A DNA stretch of 62,795 bases, filler included, from Syncephalis fuscata S228 (Eukaryota; Fungi; Zoopagomycota): NCBI GenBank assembly GCA_025786725.1. It is 3 parts of 3 records of this genome, joined end to end, with 100 filler letters (N's around TTAATTAATTAA, not from the genome) between each part and the next. Parts side by side here need not be neighbours in the genome. Positions count along the whole stretch, not along the records: positions 42,365 to 62,795 come from JAHLTZ010000165.1; 2 more parts are not named here. One strand, given 5' to 3'. The notes under the pieces are model-generated. The model did no database searches and was not told the DNA's origin. It saw only the letters and a program-made list of their open reading frames with translations. Of the stretch, positions 46,892 through 59,619 are shown piece by piece. The position numbers and the translations under genes are program-made. Numbering within the stretch: position 1 is the stretch's first letter; each line of letters starts with the position of its first letter.

Positions 46892-49609
46892 TCAGTAAGT
46901 ACACGAAGCAAATAATTCTGTTAAGTACTTACAATTTTTGTTATTTTTTAACGAAGGTTGCTCGCTACTTGCATCTGACGAACGCGCGCGTTTAATACCA
47001 TGTTGATCCACAGGAACAGCAAGATGGTCTTGAGCTGCACTTTCCACGTTTGATGCAATTGAATTTTCGCCTGATTCTTCGACACTGTTTATTGCTATTT
47101 CTTCTTCCTTTTCAACGGGCTCTTCCTTTTCTACTGCCACTTCTTCTTGTTGTTCAGCTTCTGTATTTTCATTTGCATCTACCTTCTCAACGTTCTTTAC
47201 TTTTCTTCTTCTTTTTTATCCAATGTGTCTTGAATTGATTTTGGATTGCTGGATTCTTTTAAAGGTTCTGTAAACCAAGCACTCTCTAAGGCCTGTTCCA
47301 CTGTCAAGCGTGAATTGCGATCAATGGCTAGAAGACCGCGAACTAAATTGCGTGCTATAAAAATTAAAATTAGCTCATTTGTAGCATTGTTTTAAAATAT
47401 GCTTACCTTCTTTGGATACACTCTTCCAAAGATCACCAAATACCAATGGGCTATTTAAGACATTGATAATGTAGCTTCCATACTTGTTTTTGGTATCATA
47501 TGTATATGGCATCGTATCTAAATTAAAACAATAAATTAACAAGCTTATCAATTTACAAATACTTACTTGACAGAAGAGCATGTAATGTAACACCAAGGCT
47601 CCATTGGTCTGCATCCTTGCCATATCCTTGCTCAGTAAATTGTGATCCACATAGTATATTCTTTAAACTGCGCTCATTTCGCAGTATAATTTCAATTATT
47701 TTGTCATTATTCTTGGACCGAAGAATAACGTCCGGTGCCATATATCCAATAGTACCACATATGCCATTAATCGTTGGATTTTTTGAGACAAGTTTGCGCG
47801 CCAAACCAAAATCTGTAATAACGATAGACGGATATTTGGCATGTTGTCGGAGTAAGATATTCTCCAGCTAGCATATGGTTAGAATTAAAGATAATAAATT
47901 TAAGCCTTCATTTAGTTAATTACCTTAATATCTAAATAGTAGCAATAGTAGCAATAGCAATAATAAATTTGTTAATTATGTAAATAAACACTGTTTTTAA
48001 CTTACCCAAATGTACAATGTTTCTATCGTGAAGATGCTAGTTCGACGTTAGTAACTGATTATTAATTAAAATTATTGCTTACTTTAACACCATTTAATAT
48101 TTGTTGAAATATGTATTTGGCCTCTTGTTCGGGTAATGGGCCATGGCACATGCAATAATTGAACAAGTTGCCACCATTTAAATATTCAAGTATCAAATAG
48201 CTGTGCAGTTCTGTGTTGTGTGCACCAACTAGTTTGATAATACTTGAATGTTCTTGTGCTGCAATGATCATATCTTTTTCTTCATCAAAGATATTAAAAT
48301 GACCATTATTTGCTGCGCCTTTGGCCTTTTGCTTTTTAGATATTTTGGCAGCAATAGGCATTTTATTACGGCGCGTCTCGCCGTAATAAACCTCGCCAAA
48401 GCCGCCACTAAATTGGAGTTAGAAACAATATAATTTAAATAATAAATACTTACGCGCCAAGCTGCTGAGTTGTGACGGCATATCGACTGTTAATGACCTA
48501 TAATTGTGTTAGTTGTTATAATTAGCGTTACTGTAATATTAATGACTTACGGCGTCGAAATCATGGCTTTGATCGTCAGTTTTTAGCGCTAAGCTTTCAA
48601 CTTTGTATGCAATGTAGCATACTGCTATTGTTGATTAGTTTGATTACTATATGTTGATGAAACTTACCGTTAAATCCAACAGGATTTATAAAACTTTTAT
48701 TCTCGATGGTGCATGTGATGTTGGGCGAAACAGCAACACCATTTACTGAATATATAATTAGCATTTTAATAATTTTAATGATTGCTATTTACCCAGTATA
48801 TCCTTGGTCATGAAATTCTAATTACACAATTAGCATTATTATTAACTATTATGATGAATACTTACTGAGATCATTAAAAGATCGTTAATTTAAATATACA
48901 TTATCATTGTTATTACTGCCATTTTAGCACAAATTTGCGTGATACTTACTATAAATACCGAAAACCACCCGTTTTGATATTCCTTTTGTTCAGCACATTT
49001 GCTAAATAGCACAAAAATTATATTAATAAATTTATACAATATGATTCATTGATATCATGTGTAGACTAACTAATCAATTATTTAATGTCTCCACATCTTT
49101 TATGCAGCAATGTGCCATAGTATTATAACAATAAACACTACTACCACACATCGTACAACTTACTTTGCCGTGTTTTGCCCAAGGATGCATATCTCGTCTT
49201 TTTTTAACAAATACTCTTTGAATAAATGATTATTTTAAATTATTCATTAGCAATATATCCACTTACCTGTTCTATTTTCATCAAATGTTTCTAGCCAGCC
49301 CACTACCTCTAAACGCTCTGCTTCGCTCAATTGCGACCATGCCGCAGGAAGCTTCTCATATATGCCTTCTACAGCATCGTTTGATGTGGCAAACGGCAAA
49401 GCAAGAGCAGGTATACAAGCCGTGTTTGTCACTTGAACTGCTGAAGATAACTCATTGGAATCATCTTCAGCAGTAGAATGTGTAGTTGGTTCAACTACGT
49501 TTAACTCGGATAAAAAAAATGATGATGCTGACGAGGATGAGGATGAAAAAGAACTAGCTGCATCTGAAGTAGCGGCTGTAGAAAGAAATGGATTTGCTAA
49601 GCTATCCAT
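46892..49609 (-). CDS. FHA-like + Ser/Thr kinase of the Mek1/Chk2(Rad53/Dun1) group, divergent
   Basis: S/T-rich N-terminus, degenerate FHA (CILGQ...ILVNGVAV), LGA|GGFGEV, IAAK, EYLNGGNLF, HLHDRNIVHLD|IK|LENILL, YPSIVITDFGLAR, CGTIGYMAPD, YGKDADQWSLGV and an acidic tail. 8-nt micro-exon at 47924-47931. One A-run frameshift near 47200, and FHA splicing is uncertain. Confidence 0.85.
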
Positions 49610-51099
49610 AGTGTTTATGTGTGATTTTAGATATTCAAAAATTGTTCAAATACTGCAAGATAAAGGCAGAATGTAAGTACACTATGATAAAGCAAGTACA
49701 ATGTCTTTGCAAAGATGAAAATGCGTATATAGTATTATATGATTTCAACTGACGCACACGCTTTATTTTTGATAATATCGCTACGCTGGCAAACGCTGCC
49801 TGTGACTCATGGCATATTTGCGAGAGCAATATTCGCGTAACTCTGATTAAGGGCACTAATGTATTTTAAAATTTTAATTGGCTAGTATATGAAACATATA
49901 CCACCAAGCTACTGATAGCTGGACTTGCGGTTTTGTTCGCGATAACGCCATCGACCAATTAGGATACGAACAGTGCGCGCACATACACTAGCGCAATTTA
50001 CCCACTTCCGGTCTCAACATTCTAACTATCATCTGCGCACCAATGATGAATTATTTGCATTAGAGTTTGAATACCAAACAATTTTATGAAATGTTGCAGA
50101 TATAAGCAATACGAGACAACAGCTCATTTGAATATTAAATAGTGTTTATTAGTCTCATTTTGTAGCCACAATGCAGTAGAATGCTTATATGAAGTTATAT
50201 AAACATATACTATTGATGGTGTACGATAAAACGGTCATGAATATGGATGATGTTGCAACATTAGTGCAATTTAAACTCCGATTTAAACAGTTCGGCTTTT
50301 TGACAAAGAAAGTCGTCAGCTGGATGAAACTGTCCGTAAATGGACGGTTACACGTACTCGGGAATGCAACTTTGAAAAAACCCCAGAAATTTGGTTTATG
50401 AAAAACAAAGTGTTTGGTTTTATTTAAGGTCACTAAATACCGGTTAATGTCAGGTATTAATTAATTTTAAGTTGATCATGCATATTCATCAACTGATGAT
50501 GTTATAAATAGCATAATTGTTTTTAAATTTTAATACACAATGCACACAGTGTGCTAATCTTTCTAGTTAGCTTGTATATTTGCTGGCACTAGTATATACA
50601 CGCTCATTAAAAAAAGGTGTTACCCCGATTCAAAAGCAGCTACCCTGATTCAGTTAGTTCCGCGATTGTACTACCATGATAGGCAACTCGTATCGGCATT
50701 GCCTGTCCACACACACTGAACAATTTTCCAGTAAGCTCTACATCCGCATTCGGACATTTTTTGTTTCGCCGAACCATCGCACGGTTCAATTGGATAAAGT
50801 GGCACTCTGTCTTGCAATGACGTGCTTTCTTAGTGAGTTAGCCATGTACGCTACACGATATCACACAGCATTTCCTTCTTTAAGCCGGTTTATTCCGCTT
50901 TTTTGTCTGTCTCATTGTGACGATGGATTCAATTCATTGGATGGTATTACATGCCTGCTTTCACACTAATACATACAATGGCCTATATAAAGCACTTGCA
51001 TTACTCACTGAATCCACAACCTCAACTACGCCTTTTATTTCTACGCTATTCTTTAACTAATTACCAAACACATTCCGTCATTCTGTACATTCGTAGACT

Positions 51100-51900
51100 G
51101 TAATGCTAAGTATTATTCAAATATTTATATGGCGCACTGTAAACCGCTTGCTTGTGAAGCCATACACTATACAACTGCTTGGCATATTTAACTTGTTTAA
51201 AGCAAGTAAAATAGTCGAATAAACCACTGTGCAAAGATCGACAGCACGATGCTAAAGCATTTTGATCTATGCTGTAGACCACTGTGTATTGTATGGTGGT
51301 GTTTGTATGTATAAGCTCAGGTGGGCATTATGTATATCAACACTCCTTGCTTGTGGACAATGATTGACAGCCATCATAGTGGCATCATTGTTTTTAACAG
51401 TTGAAGTACATTTATTGGCACAGCTTTGATTTAAAGTATTATAGTGGTTTTACTATCTAAGCTGTTGTCTTTAACTGTCTAGAATGGTGGTGTAGCTGTG
51501 TTGGCTGTTTTGTGTTGTAACAATGTGCTATTGCGCTATCATTGTTGTATTCTAGATTTCTTGTTTGTATGTAGATGGCCTAGACGTGGGTAAGTGGTCA
51601 GTGCTATTGGTTGTTCGTTTGTGTTTATCTAATCATGTATGTCGCTTGGCTGAATAGTTTTCTGATATTGCTTGTGTTATAAGCAATGACAAAACAGCAG
51701 CCACAGCGCATCGTGATTATGATAGCTGAAGACCATATAGATCAGCACTGATGGGTGGGAGTCCAGGTTATCAACATACATCAAGTAGGCCATTCCTGGT
51801 GCAGTTGTTTTGCTATGATTGCATGTAGACTGTTGAATGCTACAGATATTTATTTAAATTTGGCAACAAAACGACGTAGTGACCATTATAAAGGTAAATA
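51100..51900 (+). pseudogene. Possible heavily decayed membrane-protein gene in the IR core
   Basis: TATATAAA at ~50984, hydrophobic fragments (NGGVAVLAVLCCNNVL) and a GTAAGT donor at ~51590, resembling the 30-31 kb relic. Many stops. Confidence 0.3.
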
Positions 51901-52548
51901 TCATTGTTTTTTACTGAACACTTGCTAATACGGAACAACATGCATTGATGAATGTCTGCTAAAATTGTGCTTATGCATACTGTACTAGCATGCACAGGTC
52001 GTAAGAATCAATATATTACTAACTGTTCAGCAATCTAATATGATCACTGCTGGAAACTTGAGCCAACGTAAATTATGCACTCTACTCGATATTATTTCGA
52101 CTTTATTTACTTATGCTAAAGATGTATATGTAAACTGGAATTTAAACAGCTTTTCTTTTTCACCATGGCCCATATCTTTATTAATACAATAAAAATATTT
52201 TGGTTATATTCTATAACATCTGTGGACAATGCAATGTCACAATGCCACTTCTTTGAATCATGAGTTAGCATGCTAGTACAACTACAAATATATTATCTAT
52301 TTAGCAGTAATATCAGTAATTTGTTTAGTTAGCTGTATTATTTATACTAATAAGCATGTGTTGTGTGATATTTCTTTTAGTTGTAATATAAAAGTATGTG
52401 AACCATGTTATTCATTAAATTAAACGACATACATGATGTGCTTAAAATATTTTATGTATTTTATTATAAAACTATTTTATAACATCTATTAACTATTTAA
52501 TGTAATTTGGGAACAAATGAATAAATATAGCAGTATTCGTATAATTGC

Positions 52549-55500
52549 ACTGCACATTCAATCTATTGAACATGGGGCAAGTGGTGAGTTTTATTTAATC
52601 AGCGCATCATCACATTTATTGTTTGCTTGGTGGTCAAATGACTAAATTTAATAATATCCAATCTACTGAACATGATGGGTGGTAAGCAACATCAATCATT
52701 AAATACCCATCATCATAGATTTATCATTTAGTATGTATATATGCTCTATTTGTTTATATCATTCCCATTCTGTTACACACTACTATATATCATTTTATGA
52801 TATATTAAGTACATTTTATTCATTATATGCTGCAATAAACTTTGCTCATTATGCTCATTACGCTATACACACTGTAACTTTGATATTGTTTTATATACTT
52901 TTTCACCGTACGTTTATCATTTTATATATCGTTCCATAATCTCTTGGCATCACTCTATCCAAAACTGCTTTTATTTTTGTTCTAGCTTTATTATTTATAA
53001 ATGTCGACTAATTCCGCTCATTGATCATGCATATATGCTTAATAACTCAAACACCGTTTTCATATTCTTTCCATTTTATGCTCACTTTAGTATATAGTAA
53101 CTGTACTTTTTTTGAAACTGTTTTACCGTCTGGCGCTAGCCCTACTCGTTATGCATTTTGTTTATTTCACTCGTTCGTTCATGCATGTATAACACTATAA
53201 CGTTAACACTACTATTCATACACTTTTCTTTTCCATATTGTTTTATTTACACGCTGCATAGTCTAATAGCTATGCGTTATTTGTAAAAGTAGCCTACTTG
53301 TTGCTAGCTATGTTTGTTGAAAGGCTCAACTTAGGCCGCTTCAATTGCTCATTACGTGTATGCATAGAACTTTGCCGCTAATAGCATGCACCATTTAAAG
53401 TAGGTGTTGCTATTATAGTATAATGTCGGTTAAAGAGGTGAAGTAAATAGGTGTTACAAGCCTTTTATATTGCTCATTAGAAAATAATCACAACGTGCTT
53501 CATAGCTACTTAAACAAAAGCAAAACGTATAAGCAATAGAAACAGAACCACTAATAATGTCGATCAAGGTATAGCTTAGTTGCTGACGTTGCAACGTTAC
53601 GATAACCAACCAAATGCAGTCTCACACTTCGTTCCCATATAGGCAGAATAGCAAACATATGCTGTTTAGGATACGATATCAACAAATTATAATTATGCTT
53701 GAACATTCGAGATTATTAAAACAAGCTAGTTATTTTGGTATAATGCCAACCGATCCGGATACCAGCGCATTCAAGCAACTAAACTATTAATACATCAATA
53801 ATCTACTGATAATCGGACAGCTTATAATTTATGTTAAAGCACAAAGCAAAGGCAGCTACTACTAATAATGCTGCCGAGTATAACTAAGTACATAATTGCC
53901 TGTGTATACATAAATATACTGCCAAGTACTTGTGCAATATTGTATCTAGTATATCAAATCCACTACAACTATACCCACTAAATACACGTTTATGTTATAA
54001 GGCTCACATACGATAGATAATAACAACTATTGTTTTTATATAACAATGAAGCTAGTAAAAGCTGCTGTAACAATGAGCTGGTTGCAGTAAGATAAAATGA
54101 CGTCTATCTATATGAATAACAAGACTACGGTAACTACAACGCATATATCAACAAACCACCTTTAAAACCACGTTTCAATATAAACGTGTTGCATAAAGCA
54201 TTGGCATTGTTTATGGTTGTTAGAAATATACAGATATACTGGAATATAAATCAATCAACTAAGTAATGAAGCAATCGTATAAATAGCAATACACTGTGTA
54301 TCATGACTATCAGAATTTGTACAAGTGACTTGAATAAATATTATTATATATTATTACAGCTACATGTATTGTATAAATGGTATGTTATTGTTTCAGCCGT
54401 GTACGCGCGTTATTAATACGCGACAATCATGGTGGTGGCGTATTTATGAAAAGTAAACACAAGATCACGTGTTATGTGTCTATTTGCTGTTGTGATCACG
54501 CCATCTAGTTTATTGGACTATTTACCGGTTTAGCAAGGTGTACACGGACCATTTGATATTCATGTCCGATGCAGGCCTGTTTTGGTTAGTGAGCTCGTAT
54601 TGAACTACACAAGACAATAGTGATACTACAAGTTGTACATACAAATACTCGATACGAATAAATGATGGTACAAGCTACTGGTGTGTGAGTGTAAAATAGT
54701 TGAGTGGCAATTTATTGTGTAAAAAGCCGCGCAAGATTGATATTTAGATCTCTATAACGCTTTCATCTTGTTTGTTTTATCTTGTCTTTTTGTTCTACTA
54801 CAATATTGTAGTTTCATTTCCTTGTTTTTTGTTATAAAAACTTTTTTAAAGGTAAGCAAGTGTTGCGTTTGCGTCTACGTTTGTCAGTGAATGGGAATAT
54901 TATTGCTGCGCCAAGTTGCGCTGTTGCATAACACGTTGCGTTGCACCTGTGTTTGATTTGTTTAGCCGTGCAGTGCATTCTTGGCGTTTGCTTAAAACTG
55001 TTCATCCATTTGAATTGAATAGTTTATTTGGTTATGCTGTGTTTGTATTCGCATTACATATACTATTTACATGGTATTAATTGTATGTATTGTGTGTTTT
55101 TATAGCGTAAAGTAGTTAGCGATGGCTGCTACAGTTGTTTATACCCGTAGCATTATTTATGCTACGATGCCATTGCCTGTCGTCCAGAAACGTTTGTTTT
55201 CTGAGACGGACATTGAGGCAGGCAGTAAGCCGGCTTTGAAAAAAGCCAAGCTGCCAGAGTCTGTGCCAGTCGCAACACAGGCTCTATTGCCTCCAAATAT
55301 CCGCTGCGTAGGAACGCAAGCGGAGACTGCTTTGTGCAGCGTTGCTGTTCAAACCGAGGAGGTTTTGAGCAGCAACAAAGCAGTCAACACCACCATCACT
55401 AGCCTTTCCGGCTTTTCATTCAGTAGTCATTACTACTGCTCCTCCTCCTCCTCCTCTATCCACACCACTCCTATGGATGGTGTGGAATACACCGGCGCCC

Positions 55501-55975
55501 TCAAATTGGCACCGGCTCAACCAACCAAGGCTGCTGTTGCGATCAACAGCACTTATCGGGTAGTTCCGCGGGGTGGGGGACCTCGCCGAACTGCCGCCTC
55601 AAGACTGCGCCGTCGCACTGCTGTGCGCAACGCTAAAAAGGAACACTTGCGCCATTAAGTGCAAGTAAATGCAAGTCTGTACAACATGGTAAGTTAATGC
55701 AAAATTAACTAAAACAGTGCTAACTTTATTCTAGGCAATAGTACATTGGGCGGGACCAATAAGCAACTAACTGCTGTACACCGGGCCCGTCGTTCTATAT
55801 TGGAACTGATAGGGACTGGGAACAGCAGCTACCTGTTTAATGGGCTAGCCCATATTCGCAGTATCACAAGTGGTTTTATATTAGTTTTATATTTTTGTAT
55901 CAATAAATCAGTTTATAAGCATTACTCATCAGTGTACTCTAATACGAATACTAACCATTAAGCAATCATTATTTG
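52549..55975 (+). repeat. Right arm of 3427-bp inverted repeat
   Basis: Reverse complement of 43351-46777. Begins inside a long-TIR family arm and ends abutting another (TTTG|TGTAATTGAAC). Confidence 0.97.
55122..55658 (+). CDS. Orphan 178-aa low-complexity protein, copy 2
   Basis: 5'-UTR intron ~54852-55106 (GTAAGC...TATAG), ORF, intron 55689-55734 and AATAAA at ~55902. Identical to copy 1. Confidence 0.65.
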   Translation: MAATVVYTRSIIYATMPLPVVQKRLFSETDIEAGSKPALKKAKLPESVPVATQALLPPNIRCVGTQAETALCSVAVQTEEVLSSNKAVNTTITSLSGFSFSSHYYCSSSSSSIHTTPMDGVEYTGALKLAPAQPTKAAVAINSTYRVVPRGGGPRRTAASRLRRRTAVRNAKKEHLRH

Positions 55976-56102
55976 TGTAATTGAACCAGGAATTTGTTTT
56001 ATTTACTATGGGACTGGATGGTAAATAGCATAAAATATCAAAATAATCATTGTATACGCACTCTATCATATAGCATTCCATTGTTTACTAATTACACGAT
56101 AT
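55971..56102 (+). repeat. Short degenerate copy of the long-TIR family at the IR outer junction
   Basis: ATTTGTGTAATTGAACCAGGAATTTGTTTTATTTACTATGGGACTGGATGGTAA resembles the family arm. An inverted TAATTACACGAT lies at ~56089-56100. Confidence 0.6.
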
Positions 56103-56226
56103 TAATAAATTAGTAAAGAAAATGAAAAAAGTTCTAGACACAACTGAAAAGTATAATGTTAAAATATTAGTAACGTTTATTTATAATTTACAACAAATGT
56201 AGTAAATTCAGGCTACATTACGTAGT

Positions 56227-57275
56227 TTACTGTTTGGTGTTCTGTTTAAGCTTTTCATTGAAAAGAGATTGTGTAAACGTCCATAAATTATCTTGTAGAG
56301 TTTCATCTTGTGCATAGCTACTGGGAGTTGATAGTTTGCCGTATGGAATAAAGTATTTGCCATTGTACCCTTTTTCCTTTACTTCATCCGACGTAGCAGC
56401 ATAAAGCGAAGTCAACGCACCATTTGCCGATGACATAGAAAACAAACCATAAAACAATTTGTTTCCTTGGTTTACAATCCAGCCATGAGAATCTTCAACA
56501 TTGCGACCAAGGTCAGAGCTGACTATTCCTGGATGCACTGCGTTGACTAGGACTGTTGGACGGTCAGTGCCCTGTGAAACTTGTCTGGCAAATTGGCTAG
56601 AGGCTAGGATATTGGCCAATTTTGACTGGCCGTAGCACCTCATCGAGCCAAATGCTTTTTTGTCATTAATAGCCTCCAAAGTAAGACCAACACCGCCACT
56701 GTACGTATAATAATGTCCCATGCTAGCAGTAAAAATGATGCGTGCAGGATCGTCAGCGGTGCCGCTATTAAGGATGGTTGGCAATAGGCGATGCGTAAAT
56801 AGCGTTGGACCAACGTGGTTTACTCCAAATTGCGATTCGATCCCGTCTTCAGTCAACGCATAAGGCATTGCCATTATACCGGCATTATTGATAAGTATAT
56901 GAATCTGTGATTCGGCAGCTATTAACTCCTTCGCCGCAGCATCAACTTTAGCAAGACTGTTTAAATCCAAAGCTAGAAATCGAAGATCGGGTTCTGCTTT
57001 GTTTTCAGTACAGTTCTTTTTAATGTCCTCTTTAATCTTCTCAATGGCCGTTTGTGCACGCTCTTCATTGCGGCAGGCAACATACACTCGGCTCCCATTC
57101 CTGGCTAGCTCCAAGGCAATATGGTAGCCAATACCCGTGTTGGCGCCAGTAACAACAGAGACCTATGGAATAACAAATAGATTAGAGAGTAGCCAAGAAT
57201 AAATACACTAAACTGTACCTTTCCCGTTAGGTCTGGAATCTTTTCAGTGGTATATTCTTTGCATAACCAACCCAT
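56227..57275 (-). CDS. Short-chain dehydrogenase/reductase (RDH12/WWOX-like), 2 exons
   Basis: IPDLTGK|VSVVTGANTGIG, LINNAGIM, QFGVNHVG, catalytic YGQSK and VHPG. Confidence 0.95.
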
Positions 57276-59263
57276 CGTAAAGATTTAATAAACTGTATTT
57301 AATTCAAGTGCTGCTAATCGAGAAAAATAGAAGTGATAACTAATAAATGCTTACGCTTAACTCGTCAAATAAGCAAGTATTTATACACGGCCAATTATGT
57401 GATTTAGGTTGACGTAGAAAACAGAAGAAATACCGGGAGTGGAACAACTGAAAGAGCCGAAGCGTTTTACCCAGCAAGTTAAGCCAAGCTAGTTGAGTCA
57501 TGGGCACCACCCTATTGAGTGGCCTAATCAAAGCCAAACTATTCTACGTGGAAATCATGTGCTCGTCGCTGTCGTTTTAACATTATTCCGATTCACGTGT
57601 GCGCAAGTAAAATAGGCGGTGTTTCAACATAACCAGTTACAGCCTCTCTTATTGCATCATATTTTAAAAAACATTCTTATCTTAGCATGTAATCATTAGA
57701 TGATTATAACGTGCAAATTAAAATATTGGCTATTTTGGAGTTTGAATATTACCTAACTGAAATTCCCATTATACATCTAATTAGCCAGTAATAACTAATC
57801 ATCATTTAATAATCCACCGTCGAAATTACATCATATGAACACTGGCAATGTAAATTATTATTGTCATTACCATCATTATCAGAATATCAACACTATTATT
57901 GTATCCAATGAACAATTGGTATGTAAATTTGGCTATTTATTAAACAGATAAACATTATTTTATATCAAATCACAACATGCTTTGTTTATTTCTGAAACTA
58001 CTTTTGCTAGTAAGTGTACGCTATCATACCTAAATATAACGAGTTTAGCTATAAATAAAAACAGTAATTACATATGCATAATCAAGTTGTTTTTATAATA
58101 AAAATAAAGTAAATAAGCATAATTTATTTTGTGTTAAATACCAGAACAAATAAAATAATGAAGGCTTTTGGCAGAAATTATAAAGGCGTCGTCATTAAAT
58201 GGCAAGCACTACAAAACATGGCATATAAATAAACAATGTAATTTGAAAGCAATGGCATGTAGAGTAAGATATCTAGCCATGGCCTATCAATGAATAATTT
58301 AGTTTGTATTATGGCAGAAGTATTATCACTTGCATTATCAGTAGCAGTATGTGTTTGTAATCAAGTGGAAAATGCTGCATTAAGTGCTGCTTCTACATCA
58401 AATCAAATTATAAATTAAATTTTGTTAGCTGGATTACTGAGGACTTTTTGGCAATCCAAAACAACTAGCCATTGCTTAGATAATACCATTTAAGCAGACT
58501 TATTAATTGCGCTAGTTTAGGCAAAAAATAAATGATTTGCTATTTAAAATTGCAGCATACTATGTTCAAAGGCGGTACAGAATAATGGCACATAGTTATT
58601 TGCAACACATGCAGTATTATTGTATATTTAGACATGTATTATTCAAGTATTTACATTGTTGAAATTAGTAACATGGATATAACAAAATACTATAATGTAT
58701 TAACAACTAGCGCAATATTTTATTACTAATGTTTCACTGCGATCAGTTATTATTAAGAATGAATGGATACATACAAGTATAGATAAATTAAAGATGACAC
58801 AAAAACTTAATAAAATGCTACTGTGTCTTTGTTTTGAATACAAAAGAATCATAATTAATCAACTAATCAATTAATTTGACTATCTTGTGAGCAAAGACAT
58901 GGTAAAGTATCTTTATTATATCTTGACTGGTCTGGTATAATTCTAGCACGTAGAAAGCATGTTATTTTAGTACTGGAGCAATATGACATGCGCTATACTA
59001 TATTTGCTTTCAGCTGTCTGGTACCAATTACATGACATGCCTTGACAAACATTTGCATGGCAATAAGACTAGACATGAACGGCTTTAACTAATGTCATGC
59101 CGTCAATGATTTGACTGAAGCCAGGCAAAAAAGCATATTGATAGCACAAATAACTGCAAGCATAGAATATAAATAAAGCTTATCATGTATTTCTATTGAT
59201 ATGTTGTAGGACGACTACAATTCAAAATCTTGTTAATAGTAATTGCTCATTGATTTCTTCAGC

Positions 59264-59467
59264 ATGGATTTATTGCATAGCAGCGTATTCTATATCTGCA
59301 TCTTTGTTGGAGTTTTTGCTATAGCAACACCAATGTTCATTTTTGGATGGTGCCGCAAGAAAAGAGTCCCACCCGACACTGCTTCAGAAAGAGCACGCGC
59401 CGATTTTCAAGCTTGGCTGGCAGACAATAATGCCGGAAACCGTCGTGAATCTCAGATTGCTGTGTAA
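59264..59467 (+). CDS. Small single-pass membrane protein (67 aa)
   Basis: Hydrophobic helix VFYICIFVGVFAIATPMFIFGWC followed by a basic stop-transfer RKKR. TATA-like element at ~59168 and AATAAA downstream. Confidence 0.5.
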   Translation: MDLLHSSVFYICIFVGVFAIATPMFIFGWCRKKRVPPDTASERARADFQAWLADNNAGNRRESQIAV

Positions 59468-59619
59468 ACGGCTGATGAGCAATGATATGCCATGTGTGTC
59501 TGTTATTATACCACAAATATAAATGCTTTCTTTTAATAAATAAGCGCGAATTATGCCCAAAAGAAGTCAAACTGCCATTTTAGTGTGTATAATCTATCTA
59601 TAGATTTTTATCTGGATCC

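Noticed and set aside
43351-55975. IR-core-IR as a centromere or an autonomous transposon
   Set aside because: Arms and core contain intron-bearing genes. I found no transposase, recombinase or TSD at the outer ends.
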